From assembly GCF_009834535.1 (NCBI RefSeq), contig NC_045696.1, positions 80,106,001 to 80,170,000 on the forward strand: a DNA stretch of 64,000 nucleotides. The letters run 5' to 3'. Of this stretch, positions 41,301 to 53,000 are shown one piece after another (position 1 is the stretch's first letter; every line of letters starts with the position of its first letter). The stretch is from Camelus ferus (lineage: Eukaryota). Both the position numbers and the translations under genes were made by a program. Below the pieces are notes generated by a model. The model saw only the letters and a program-made list of their open reading frames with translations, had not been told where the DNA came from and did no database searches.

Positions 41301-42871
41301 TCTGTTCAGTTGGCTTTTTTATATTAGTGTGGCTTAATTTCCCAGCTAAACTGACTAGTCATTTGAACTAAACTGAGTTACCATTAATTCTTCTGAGGAA
41401 TTGATTTACTTGATTAACTTCCATCCTGATTTTTTTTTTTTTTTTTTTTTGGTTAGTAGAGTGTCCAGATAATTGCACTTTAGTGAGCCATTTCCAATTT
41501 TTGTCTGTTTGTAGTCTTGTGACATTTTCTAGATTTGATTTTTTTGGGTGTTTGCTAAGGTAAAATTAGCTTTAGTAATTTCACAATTATGAGACATGAT
41601 AATGCATGTCTTGGTAAATAGTTTCAGATATATGGGAAGCACCAGTGTAGTTCTTTGTTAAGGATTAAATATACATTTCTAAGTGTGGTGGTGGACACCC
41701 ATGCTTTCCACGAGTGTTTGTTGCACACATACTGAATGCCAGGTAATGTGCTGGAGAAGAAGCCATGGACAAATGCATTGTTGTTATCCTTATCGCCTGT
41801 GATAATGGGTGTCTAGCTTCAAAGAACTATTGCCTGCAAACATGCACTCCCTAATTCATTTTTACTTAATGATTCTATGCATTTTATATTATAAAAGAAT
41901 GATAAAGTGGTAACTTTCAGTGAAGCATTAATGGAAAGAAAATTGCTTAGTCACCTTATTTATCCAGTACACGGTAAGAGAGGAGGAAAATGTTTGATAA
42001 TACTGTTTTCTTAATACCACAGTGGTAAAAAAATTACCTTTTTTTTTTTAGTAAATTGCTGAGTCACGCATAATTCAAAACCCACAAAAAAGCTAAACAT
42101 CTCATGTGAAATGCGTTCTTCTTGAAAATCCTTAGCTGCTGTGTCTATCCTTGAGCAAAAATTTGACTACCCATCATTCTATATTTACACAGCAAAATAA
42201 TGAAGGCACAGCTAATGCAAGCAAACTTAAATCTTGGCTACTTCTGAGCTGGGGGTGTGGGCACACACTTGGATTGGTGGTTTTCCTGGCCTCATTAACA
42301 GTAATATCCTGATCTCCATCCAACACAGACTTCTTTGCATCTATCACTCTCTTCCAAATTGTACAGCTGATGATCTCATGATTACAAAAGATAACAATTT
42401 TTCTTGGATTCTGCTTTTTCTGCACTAGGAAATTCAGGGATGAAGGGGTTGAGGAATTAGGCATCGAAAACGTTCAGTTTTGGCTTGGTGTTTCCTGTGT
42501 AGTGTGCTATTATGACGAATGGGTTTCAAAATGAAAATCTTTATACCTACTTGACAATCTTTATAAGCCTCAATTTCTAATCCTTCCAGAAGAGATCATG
42601 AAAAAGTGATCTCAAGTGTAACTCTTCTTCTACACCTTTGGGTATAGTTACTGTGTTCAAATGAAAGTCAAATTTAAACCTAAGGGGCTGGCCAGGATCT
42701 GACTGCTTCTATTTCATATATTTTAGGAATGTCAAAACAGGTTCACATTGTATTTTAATGAAAAATCTGGTCTTTTTAAAGTCTACCAATGTTTTAAAAT
42801 GTTTAGGTTTTGTTTTTTGTTTTTTGTTTTTCCCCTTAGTTTTCTTCCTCCTCTTCAGCCTCTGCCCCTTC

Positions 42872-43345
42872 TTATTTCTCTACATCATCAGACACTTCAG
42901 ACTGGGCATCCTGACCATTAGATACACCTCATCGTTGTCCTCTTCCTCCTCCTTTTCCCACCTCTTTGTCCACAAGTTCTCAGTCTCTAAGTTCTTTGCG
43001 TCTCTCTCCACCTCGCCTGTGCGCTCATGGACCTTGGCAATTAAGGCCTTGTAGATGCCATTATACTTGTTCCCAAAAGACTGAAATCCCTTCAAATTTT
43101 GCTTCTTTCTGACTCGTTGCTTCTGCAGCTTTTTGAGGGCAAGGACTCCGTTTTTCACAGAGCAAGTCAGGCTCTCACAAGAGCCATTTTTTAGGCTTTG
43201 GTACATTCTCTTCCAGGGACTGGGACTCCTCTGCCAAGTGACTCGTGCACCCTCAGTCTCCACTGTGCACTGGGCGCTCCACCACCACCTCTTCCGCTGC
43301 CGCCTGGCCTGGCTCCAAGGGTCTCTTGTTGCCTGAGTCTGTGGT
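42872..43345 (-). pseudogene. NAP1L5-like: Decayed intronless NAP1L5-like (nucleosome assembly protein 1-like) retrocopy, antisense in NCEH1 intron 1
   Basis: Stitched minus-strand frames give TTDSGNKRPLEPGQAAAEEVVVE...GD*...LAEESQSLEENVPKPK/NGSCESLTCSVKNGVLALKKLQK...EAKF...FQSFGNKYNGIYKALIAKVHERTGEVE...EEEEDNDE/...QDAQSEVSDDVEK*. This is colinear with NAP1L5 as recalled (MADSENQGPAEPSQAAA...MAEEPQTPAENAPKPKNDFIESLPNSVKCRVLALKKLQK...KKYNDIYKPLLAKIQELTGEME...DAHAEMPDDAKK). The start position is ACC, there is an in-frame TGA at 43255-43253, and there are several frameshifts. Confidence 0.85.
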
Positions 43346-44398
43346 GTTGGAGGGGTGGCAAAGGGGAGGGATGGCTCCTGCGGAGGCCCAGCTGCAGGGA
43401 AGGAAAGTAGGCCACCCTGGGGAGAGGCTGGAGGAAGTGGGAGAGGGCAGGCCTGTGACCGGAGCTCCTGCACAAAATGAGCCTCCTCTGTCCAGGCAGC
43501 TTTGAGGCAGACTTAACACCCTCTCCACATCCATTCACCTCTGTGCATTAGCTGCTCCGATACGCAGATGTCTCCAAATGGGTTCCTACCCTGAAAGAGT
43601 TGACCGAGGAGATGATACAAACCAAACCTCACACCCAGAAAGGAGAAGTGTGGAAATAGAGTTTGAGCCACATTTTGACACAGAGCGTGACACATAGAGT
43701 ATAAAGAGTTCAGTTCTGTGCCAAGAAGGGGGCTGAGGCCAGCAGTGGTCACTCAAACATTCTACTGTGGCTTGTCATTGCAAGCCCTGCCCTTAGCAGC
43801 ACTATCTCAGGACTTCACCCATTACTGTTGCAAATAAAATCAGTCACAACAAAAACTGCCTAATAAGAGACTGTTTCACACTTTGAATTGACAAGGCCAG
43901 TGTTTTCTCAACTCTTACGTGCAAAAGAACCACTTGGAGAAATTCCTGGGTCCTACTCCCAGAGATTTTAATTCAGTAGGTAGAGTTAGGGCACAAGAAT
44001 TTATACTCAAGAGCTGGTAGTCTGTGGAACACCCTTTGAGTAACATTAGAATGGACAGATTGTGTAATGGTGATAGTAGAGGTAAGAGCTAAAAAAAACT
44101 GGTTCTCAATGACTTTCTCTTAAAGGCAGGTGAATCTTTAAACCAAATAATTTACTAGCCTATTGGTTTGCCAAACTCCTCTTATTTCTTCATTTGGAAT
44201 CTATATCTGTCGGTGGAACCAGACTTTTGTTTCCCTAGGTTTTGTCCCTGGGATTGAAAGGGAGAGGGGATGGAGAAGAGGAATAGATGTCATTAAAAAG
44301 TATCATAAAGAGAGACTCAAAGTCATATCATAGATATGGGCCATCTCCCTTGTGATGGGATATCTAACCTATAAATTCACCTTACGATGGCAGTGTAT

Positions 44399-44579
44399 CA
44401 GTTGGCCCTTGGTTACTGCCCTTCCTCACCTGGGTCGATTTTCCATGCTGAACCCCTAGATGCAGAGGGCCTACCACACTACGCCACTTTATATAAGGTG
44501 CCTGAGCATCCACGGATTTTGGTATATGTTGCAGGATAGGTGCTGGAACCAGTCCCTCATGGGTGCTGAAGGACCACTG
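44399..44579. mobile_element. MER2-like TcMar-Tigger MITE
   Basis: Ends cagttggccctt...gaaggaccactg lie near TA dinucleotides. The internal ctacgccactttatataagg...tgagcatccacggattttggtat is MER2-like. Confidence 0.7.
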
Positions 44580-47500
44580 TATAGTTATCTCACCTATTGT
44601 ACAGGTATTTTGACTTAGACTTAATATGTTATGAATTCAACACATTAGATTTTTGCCATTGTGGATCATGATTAAACATTCATGAGGAGTAAAGTATTTC
44701 AATATCCTGAATCTTAAATTGAGAAGCCTCTCCTGGGGTAAAAGGAAGACCTCCATCATTAGGGACTCCAGATTCTATCGCAACAGCCCAGTCTTATGCT
44801 TTCCTTCTTGAGCCTGGTGGGCCAGCCTGTCTCCTGATGCCTCAGGCCAAGGAGTGACTGAACTGCATTAACTTGAAACTGCTGGCTGAAGGAATTTAAC
44901 TGCTGTAAAGCCACTGGCTTTTGAACTGATGCCAATTTTCTTTGGCCCTGTTTACGGAGGCAAACTGGTCCTGCTACCCAGTCTAGCAGATCTGCTGACA
45001 GAGAGACTATGCAGCTGGGAGAGTTTGGGATACATTTTGTGACTTACTTACCCTCTCCACCCTGATTTAAGCCTTTTTCACTCCTAAGTGTTCAAAACCT
45101 GTGTGATGGGAAAAGCTCAGCTTTAAATAATGGCTTGGTTATTGATTTTCTTCTGAGCTCTGAGTAATAACATTCAGAGTGATGAGGCAGTCAGTTGGGC
45201 TTTTGGGTTCCAGTACTCACTTTATCACTTGGAGCCTTATGATTCTGGGCAAGACCTTTAACTTGTCTAAGCCTCACAAGAGCAAAAATTGAGTATAATT
45301 AATACCCACTCTTCCTTTTTCACAGGTTGTGAAATTCAAACAAGTGAAAGTTCAAATGGTCATAAACTGTAAAGCATTCTAGGAGAATAATTAATATGAA
45401 TGTTACAATTTATTATGTATTTTCTATTGTATGTATTTATTATAATCACATTCTGAATGTACACAAAGGGGTTTTAATTTATTGTAATCATCACCTCAAT
45501 CTGGCTCTTCAGACATATGAAGATGTCTATAAAAAAAATCACTTGCCTTTTATCTTTCGGGTTTATATGCCATTTAATAAACAATGTTTCAAAGGTCATG
45601 TCTAATTTGCTGCTTCCTGCTTTTGACATAAGGCAGATTAACCCAACTTCTGGAGCATCCTGTGTAACACGCTTGTGAAGTCAGGCAGAGGGCATGAGTG
45701 AGCAGGCTCGGATCTGCCATACAGCACAAGGGTGTTAGGAGGTTTTGTTTAGAAGTTTAATTCTTTTGTGCTGCCTTTAGTCAGCTGCTGTTTGAAACAC
45801 TCAGATGAAAACAAATGCTGCTTGTCCTGGCAATACGGGAGGCTTATTGCAGCTTGACTAGCGTCGTGAGGGACGTTAGTTTATGACCAGCTGTACATGG
45901 GATACTGGAAAAAATTTTTGATCTCCAAGCCACAGACTTTGTCCCAAGGAGCTCACAGTCTAGTTATTGCTTTTATATGTGACAGAGATGTGAGTAAAAA
46001 AGAACTCTGATTTTTTTTAAGTCTCATTTCACCTGTCATGTGCGTACTGATGGAAACAAAGGAGAATGAGACAGGAGAGGACTGAGAGAGGTGTTACCAG
46101 GGAAGGCTGAGAGAGAAATGTGCCAGTGAGGAAGAGCTGGAGGAAAAGGGTGGATGGGGGTCCCTCCTCAACCCAGAGCTAGAGCTGCTGATCCTGGGAG
46201 AGTCACATAGCCATTCTGAGCCTCAGTTTCCCTTTGTGTAATATGGGAGACTAAAGGGTCATTCCAGATGTAAAAATCTTCCAGTTTTACGAAGTAGGTT
46301 TGAAAATAAATTGACTAGTGAATGGCACTAGAAGATGATGGTTGAGGGTTCTGGAGCCAGTGTGGGTTCAGATCCATTCCACCCCTTCCAGCCTGTGTGA
46401 CCTTTGGCGATTCACTTGACCACTATGGTCTGAGACCCCACACTAAGAACAGTGACTGGTGGAGAGCAAATGTCAGTATGTGTGAGCTGTTATCCCCCTT
46501 GAATATAAGAGGCTTTTGGAGCTAAGCAAATATATTGGCAATATAGAAACTGTCTTCTGTATGACAGTGAAAAATAAACACAAAAGTTTAGGAACTGGAA
46601 AGAGACAAGCTTCTCCTTTTTGTGCTCCTCTTGGTTGAATTGCAGTGAGAGAACAAACTGAAGGCTTTAGAGTGAAAGGGTTAGGGTGTCAGATCCCTCC
46701 TGAGCTCTTTCTTTCTTCTAATTTACTTTATTAGTGAGTGGTGGCGAGGTTCTCTTCAGGTTTGCTTTATAGCTTGTAATGATCTTAGAGCACTAAACAA
46801 ATATGAAATTGTAGTAGAGCAGTCTCATCAGAGAACCTTACTGCTACATGATTATATCTGTGCCTCCCAGGCTGGCTTAATAACCCCCTCCAGTGCTTTG
46901 CTATACGCAGAGAGTGCCCTATACAGGACTCTTTTTGTCCATGACTATTCTCAGAGTGTGGGACAAAAGGTTTATTTATAAAAATAATGCTGACTAAAGG
47001 AAGTGAGGGAGAAAGGACAACTACAGAAAGCGTCCTTAACCAGATGGGGATCTGCCAAAGGACTGAGCAAGAATTCTGCCAATTCTGGGGCTCTGGAGAG
47101 AGGAGAAAACAATAGGATAATGTGGATTTACTCCTCACGTGCACGCTTTTTTACTTCTTTATCTGGGAAACTGGGGCTCAGACAACTTGGGAAGCTTGCC
47201 CAGGTCATGTAGCTCATAAATGATAGAGCCAGGACTTGGCCTTGGTCTCTGTCCAAGGTTTGTGCTTTTGCCTCTCTAATATATTTCCTTAAGCCTTTCT
47301 GCCCTTGCTCAAAGAATCTCAGGGAAGGATAACACAAAGTGATTTTTTTTACAACCTTTTCTACTCAGGAAGCCTTAAAGATGGGGTTTATATCACTTAA
47401 AGGGCTCCACTACCCTGAAGTCCTTTTATAGCTCTCAGTTTAAGAATGTGGTGCAGCTGGTAATTCAGCCTGGCTCTGAGCTAATGTGAGATTTACTTTG

Positions 47501-47639
47501 TGAGTTACCAGAGCTAAGCTAAGGTATTGAGACTTCATTATGTGACAGACTGAAGTGCTGTGAAGACCTAAGCAAATAAAAAGAGGTAACATTATGAGCA
47601 TTTATGTTCATAAAATTTATGTTCAAAAAAATTAAGTTA

Positions 47640-50030
47640 TGCAAGTTATGCTTGGCTATGCTTGACTAGAGAACTGGAAAGTACAAGGGGAAATGGGGTT
47701 GGAATGTAGAGTGGGACTAGACTGGAGTGCCAAGTTCAGATTTTTTTTTCTGTAAGAAACGAAATCAATAGACGTTTTTAAGCAGCCAGGTATTGTGATC
47801 AGCCTTTTAGGATAGGAACTCTGGCAACAGTATGCAGCAGGTTATAGAGATAGAAAGTGCTATCTAGCATTTAAGTTAGTAGGCAAATACAGGAAATAAT
47901 GAGCATCTAATCAGGGCAGCAGTGGGAGTCAGAGTGGAGGCTGGGGGTAGAACTAGATTCAGAAAATGTTGGCAGGTGGAATTGACATGAATTGATTGAT
48001 CGGCTATCATGTGAGAGAAGGAAGGAACTGGAGAAAGTATTAAGGTTTCTCTTGGGAACTAGGCTTATGGTTAGATCATTAATTGAGAATTTAATGGAGT
48101 GAGTTGCTGAGTCAGGAGTGGAGAAGGGACTGTAGAACAGGTTAATTTTGAAGAGTTTCTAAAGCTATATCCTGGAGATGGTTGGAAATGTGGACCTGGA
48201 ACTTAAGAAAGACAGCTCATGGACTGGAGATAGAGAGGTGGGAGTCATCAGCATATGGATATGCACAGCCACTTACTTTCTTAGGCTGATAGTAAGTACT
48301 TCCTATTTTCCAGGTATTATGCCATGGTAGTACATTAGCTTGCTCAGGAAAAGCAGAAATTATGTAGTTGAATAAAATTAAAAATGGAACCTTGGGGAAC
48401 ACCATCATTTTAAGGGCCAGTGGACAGGAAAGGAAGAAACAGTCAATTAAAAAACAAAAGAGAAAAAAGAGGACTTAATTATTAGCATGGCAAGAGAAAC
48501 AGACTGGAGAGATTCAGGGGGAAGAGAGTTTAAAAAAAGAACAAGTTGTTAAATGCCTACGGAGAGACTAAGTAGGCCACTGGTGTTGACAGTGGGGTCA
48601 TGGGGTCTTTGGTGAACATAATAAGTACAGTTTCATCAGCAATATGAGTCTGAAAGCCGATCGCAATGGGTAGACTTCAAAGTGGGCAGTCTTTGAAAAG
48701 TCACTGTCTTCCGTAGGGTAAAGACAGAACTGACTCACAGAAATCAAGTTGTGTTGAGAGGCAGATCTCTGCTTTCCTCCAGCCTCCTATAAACTCATCT
48801 CTTACAGCCTCCCCCTAGGCTAACCCTTCCTACTGTTTTCCAGATCCTATCTCCCCTTCTTCCTCCAGGGTCTCAATTCACATGTCATTTCTTTTCTCCT
48901 CTGTAACCTTTGTTTCTCCTTGTTCACAGGCTCTTTCCCTAGAAGCATGCTAAGTCTCTTCTTGGGAAAAAGAAGAAAAAGGTTTTCTTTATTCTTGCCT
49001 TCAGGCTATTGTCCAACTGCCTTCCTTACCTCTACAGAGAAAGGACTATTTACATTCACTGTATCTATTTCTTCACTCCTATGCCCTTGGCAACACATTA
49101 CAGTCTGGCTTCCAGCCCCATATCTCTGACTAAACTGTACTTGCTGGGTTCACCAAGATCCCATGACCATATTACTAATACCAATGACCTACTTTTCCTT
49201 TCTGCTGGCATTTAGCAACTTGCTCTTTCTCGAAACTCTTCCCTCTAAACTTCTCCAGTCTCTTATTTGTCTTGCCATGCTAATAATTAATTACTCTTCC
49301 TTTGGTGTGGGAGGGGATCTTTTAACGATTGATTCTTCTCTCCTGCCACTGTCCGTTTAAATGATGGTGTTCCCCAAGGTTTCATTTTTATTTTACTCAA
49401 CTTTATAGTTCCTGCTTTCCCTGAGTAAACTGACCTTCCCTCTCTGGTGGAATTTACTATATTTTAGTCTTCCAGCAGAGCCCCATACTTTCATTAGAGT
49501 TGGGTTGGATTAGAGACTCAGCCTCCAGCAAATAAAGGGGTGTTTTTATCCTCATAATCTGGGTGGGAATAGGAAAGAGGATTCTGATGCCTTCTCATCC
49601 TTACTGGAGGAGTATGATGCTGAGTATTTACCTATAAAGCAGAGTGAAGGTGGTGGGCAGAAGACTGACGTGTGGAACACATGCCCCATAACCACAAACT
49701 TCTGCGTGCCCTTCCCTACCCTTCTCTCCTCCAGCCTACTGATCATTCATTAAAGTCAGTTCAGTCAGCTGACACTGTCTCCAGGCAGCCAGATGGGACA
49801 GGCTCTGTCTCTTCTGTCCCAAACTGGGTTATACAAGCCTTTGTTCTTTAAGGTCCATATATTTACTTTAGAAGTTTTTACATCATATCATAATTATCTG
49901 TTATGTCTAGGATATTCCCACATTTATATGTTCCTCAAAAATAGGCCCTTTTGTTCATCCTTGTACCCCAAATGTGTAGAACAGTCATGACCAAATGGCT
50001 ACTTAATAAATGTTGATTGAATGAATTAGT
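47640..50030. repeat. L2 fragments in both orientations
   Basis: Antisense L2 text covers ~47640-48650 (ggagatagagaggtgggagtcatcagcatatgg). Sense L2 text covers ~48770-50030 and ends aataaatgttgattgaatgaat. Confidence 0.55.
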
Positions 50031-53000
50031 TGACCCAATTTACTTTGTGATTCTCAACCTTGATATGTATAGAATTCACCTAGAGAGCCAAAAAAAACAC
50101 CCATACCTTAGGTCACATTTCCAGAGATGATTATGTAATAGGTGCGGTATGGGGGTCAGGCATTGGCTTTTTAAAAGCTTCCAGGTGATTCTAATATGCT
50201 GCCAGCTTTGCAAACCATTGGATTAAAGGAATAAGATACACCAGTGCCTGCTAAATGCCAGATGTTTTAATTAAATTCTCACAATAACCCAATGGAAGGA
50301 GATGAGATTTGTTTTTGTTAACAAATGGGTAAAAAAACGGAGGCTCAGAATGACATTATAACTTTGCATAAACCACAAAGTTGGTAAGAGGCAGGGTTAG
50401 GACCTGACTCTGTTACCTTGCATTGCCTTTCCAGCTTCCCAGGCAGCTTCCCTCCAATGGTGAGGAATCCATTCAAACTCTTATCCATTCTCTCAGAGGT
50501 GGGGCACTGGCCAACCGGCTGAACTGTGTAACATCTGAAGAAACGTGGAATTAGCTCTATTCTACTTTCACGGATGAGGTTGGATTGGAATCAGCCCATG
50601 CAAGAACATGTTTGTGTCACAACTACCCCATCTTTCACATTTCTTGGATAATCATGCCTTTTTTTTTTCTTTTTTTTTTTTCCCCTGGGCTGGGCACTCA
50701 ATCTTGCCTCTGGGTCTCTTTCTTTGAAGGATGGCCATTCTAGTAGCTTCTCTGTCAACCCTTTGCACTACCACCTCCTCACCCCACACCTGACCTTCAA
50801 TCTCTGAAATGAGCCTCTAAGTCTCGTCTCATACTTCATCTTCCATTAAGGCACTATTCAGGCTAGATGCTGTATTAAATTTCATCCCAGAAAGAACAGA
50901 CAGAAGTAATTCCTTCCTTCTCTGAGCTTGTGCAACCCATTATCTAGGCTTCTCTTGCTAAGCTTATATCACTTAATTAACATCAGCTATTCATTTAATG
51001 GCTTGGTTCTCTTCCACTTTCCTAAGCTCCAGAACATTGTCTTTTTCTCCTCCTTAAGTTTTCCTGCTCATACAATGTATTTTCTAATTTGTATGGTGAG
51101 TGAGTTAATAGAGGAAAAACCCACTCATAAACATTAACAACTAACATCTATTAACAGGCAGAGTAGAGTTTCTGCTTGACTTCCTTTGATTTTTGCTTGT
51201 CCTCTGACCTTTGGTCATCAGAACTGTGTAGAGAGCCAATGGTCCATCTATTCTACTGTATCTGGTTCTTTTGAGGTGTAATGAGTACCCTTTATTCCTT
51301 CCATCTACTCAGGCAGAATTCCCTTCCAGATCCTAGAATGGTTATGGGGACAAGTTTTAAGACCTTTAGCAATGCTCTAGAGTACCTCAGCCAGCCATGA
51401 CTGGGTCAATTCATAGCCTGTGAAACTCTTAACACTTGGCTTGCTTCTTTGCATTATTGGAGTTTTCCAGCTGCTTCTGAAGAGGTTTCAGGAAACTTTG
51501 TTTAACTTGAGGATGTTTCTTGGGTGGATCTGAATCTCATTTCACAAATTCAAGGATGCAAGTAATGTAACTTGATCTTTATTTCAAGCCTTTGTTCTTT
51601 AGGTAGAACTTAATTCCTGTGGATTAAAGTACTAACCCATCACTGTTTGCTTTTAGGTTTTGGAGGGTCTTATACAATGTTGAGCATAATGAGTTGGGGA
51701 AGCCCTCTGGGTACTTATCCTCAGCCACATGATTGTTCCACCTGGTCCTTGGTGTTTGGTTCCCACAAGTTGCCCTGGGATATCCTTAGTTCTTATTTAT
51801 AAGAGTGCTTTATGTCCATTAGTGTTCTCTTCTATTCCTGTTGGACCCTTGAGAACATATAATGAGCCATAGATAATGGAGAAGCTGTCTCAGATTCATC
51901 CATATGCAAGACATTCATGCAGCCCTTGCTACTTTTCTACCTTTTTCGGCAAATGGAATCATTCTGCTGCTCCTGCACCAGCTGGAGCTGGGAAACTCTC
52001 TGAGGCCATTGGAGGCACCATCTTCCTAGACATACCTTGCAGTTACTCTTCCCTAGAGTCTTGATTTTTTCCAAAGTTCTGTCTGTGCATAGGGCATAGG
52101 GCATATGTCTGTTGCTCTCAGAGTCCATACACATGTGTGGGTTTGCTGTGTCCCAGGGTTCTTTTTTCATTGGATCTCAGATATTAATTCATACATTTCT
52201 CATTTCATCTCCAGTACTTTCTTCTCCTCTCTCACCACCTAGGTTGGAGAATCATATTCTATCCTAGGAGACTTTTTATTCATCATGTAATCTTCTAAAT
52301 CAATGTCTGTTTTTTGATTCTCCAAAGGATATAGGCTTTTGAAAATCAAAAGCAGGAAGACACTCCTGTTTGTTTGCTATTTGTTGTCATATGCCTTCCC
52401 TGAAGTAATAACCAGAGAAGAGTTTGGCTACTGATTTCATTTGCAGCACAGTAGGGCGGTAGGGATGATAAGGGAGTAGTGAGAAGACCGAAGGGAAACA
52501 GTAGATATTAGAGGAAGAAGTTAAATACCGTTCGCAATTTTATTGTGCAACATGGCATCACATAGATGTGTGACCGTCATGCTATCTTGGACCCTGAGCA
52601 GCTATTTGGACCCACACTGATCTCAGCCAACATCTCTAGGACAATTCTCTATGTCCTGTAGCTTCCTCATAGTTTTAGGATCAGCTTCTATACTGGTTAC
52701 TTGGTCTCTAAGCTTCTCTCCTCTTCACAAGGAGGATAATAATAGAATTTAAGCCAGAATTCAACAACCTCCTCTCATGCTGTAGGCACTTGGGCAGTAA
52801 TAACTATTATTAATAAGTGATAATAAAAGTGGTTAATGGCAGATTACTGTTTGATTCTCTCCTTTTTCAGATTTTGAAACAAAATTGATATTTCTGTAGG
52901 ATAATGATTTTTCATTCTCTGATTTACCAATACAGTTTCAAACATTAGCACAGTTTTACTTTAGCACCTTTCTGGATTCTTTTCCCACCCATCCAGCCTT

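Noticed and set aside
41429..41450. Long T-run as the poly(A) tail of the NAP1L5-like retrocopy
   Set aside because: There is no polyadenylation signal at the expected distance on the minus strand, and no matching TSD near 43500.
42880..43473. 197-aa ORF as an intact novel gene
   Set aside because: It starts at GTG, its N-terminal half is out of the NAP1L5-homologous frame, and the homologous frame has a stop and frameshifts.
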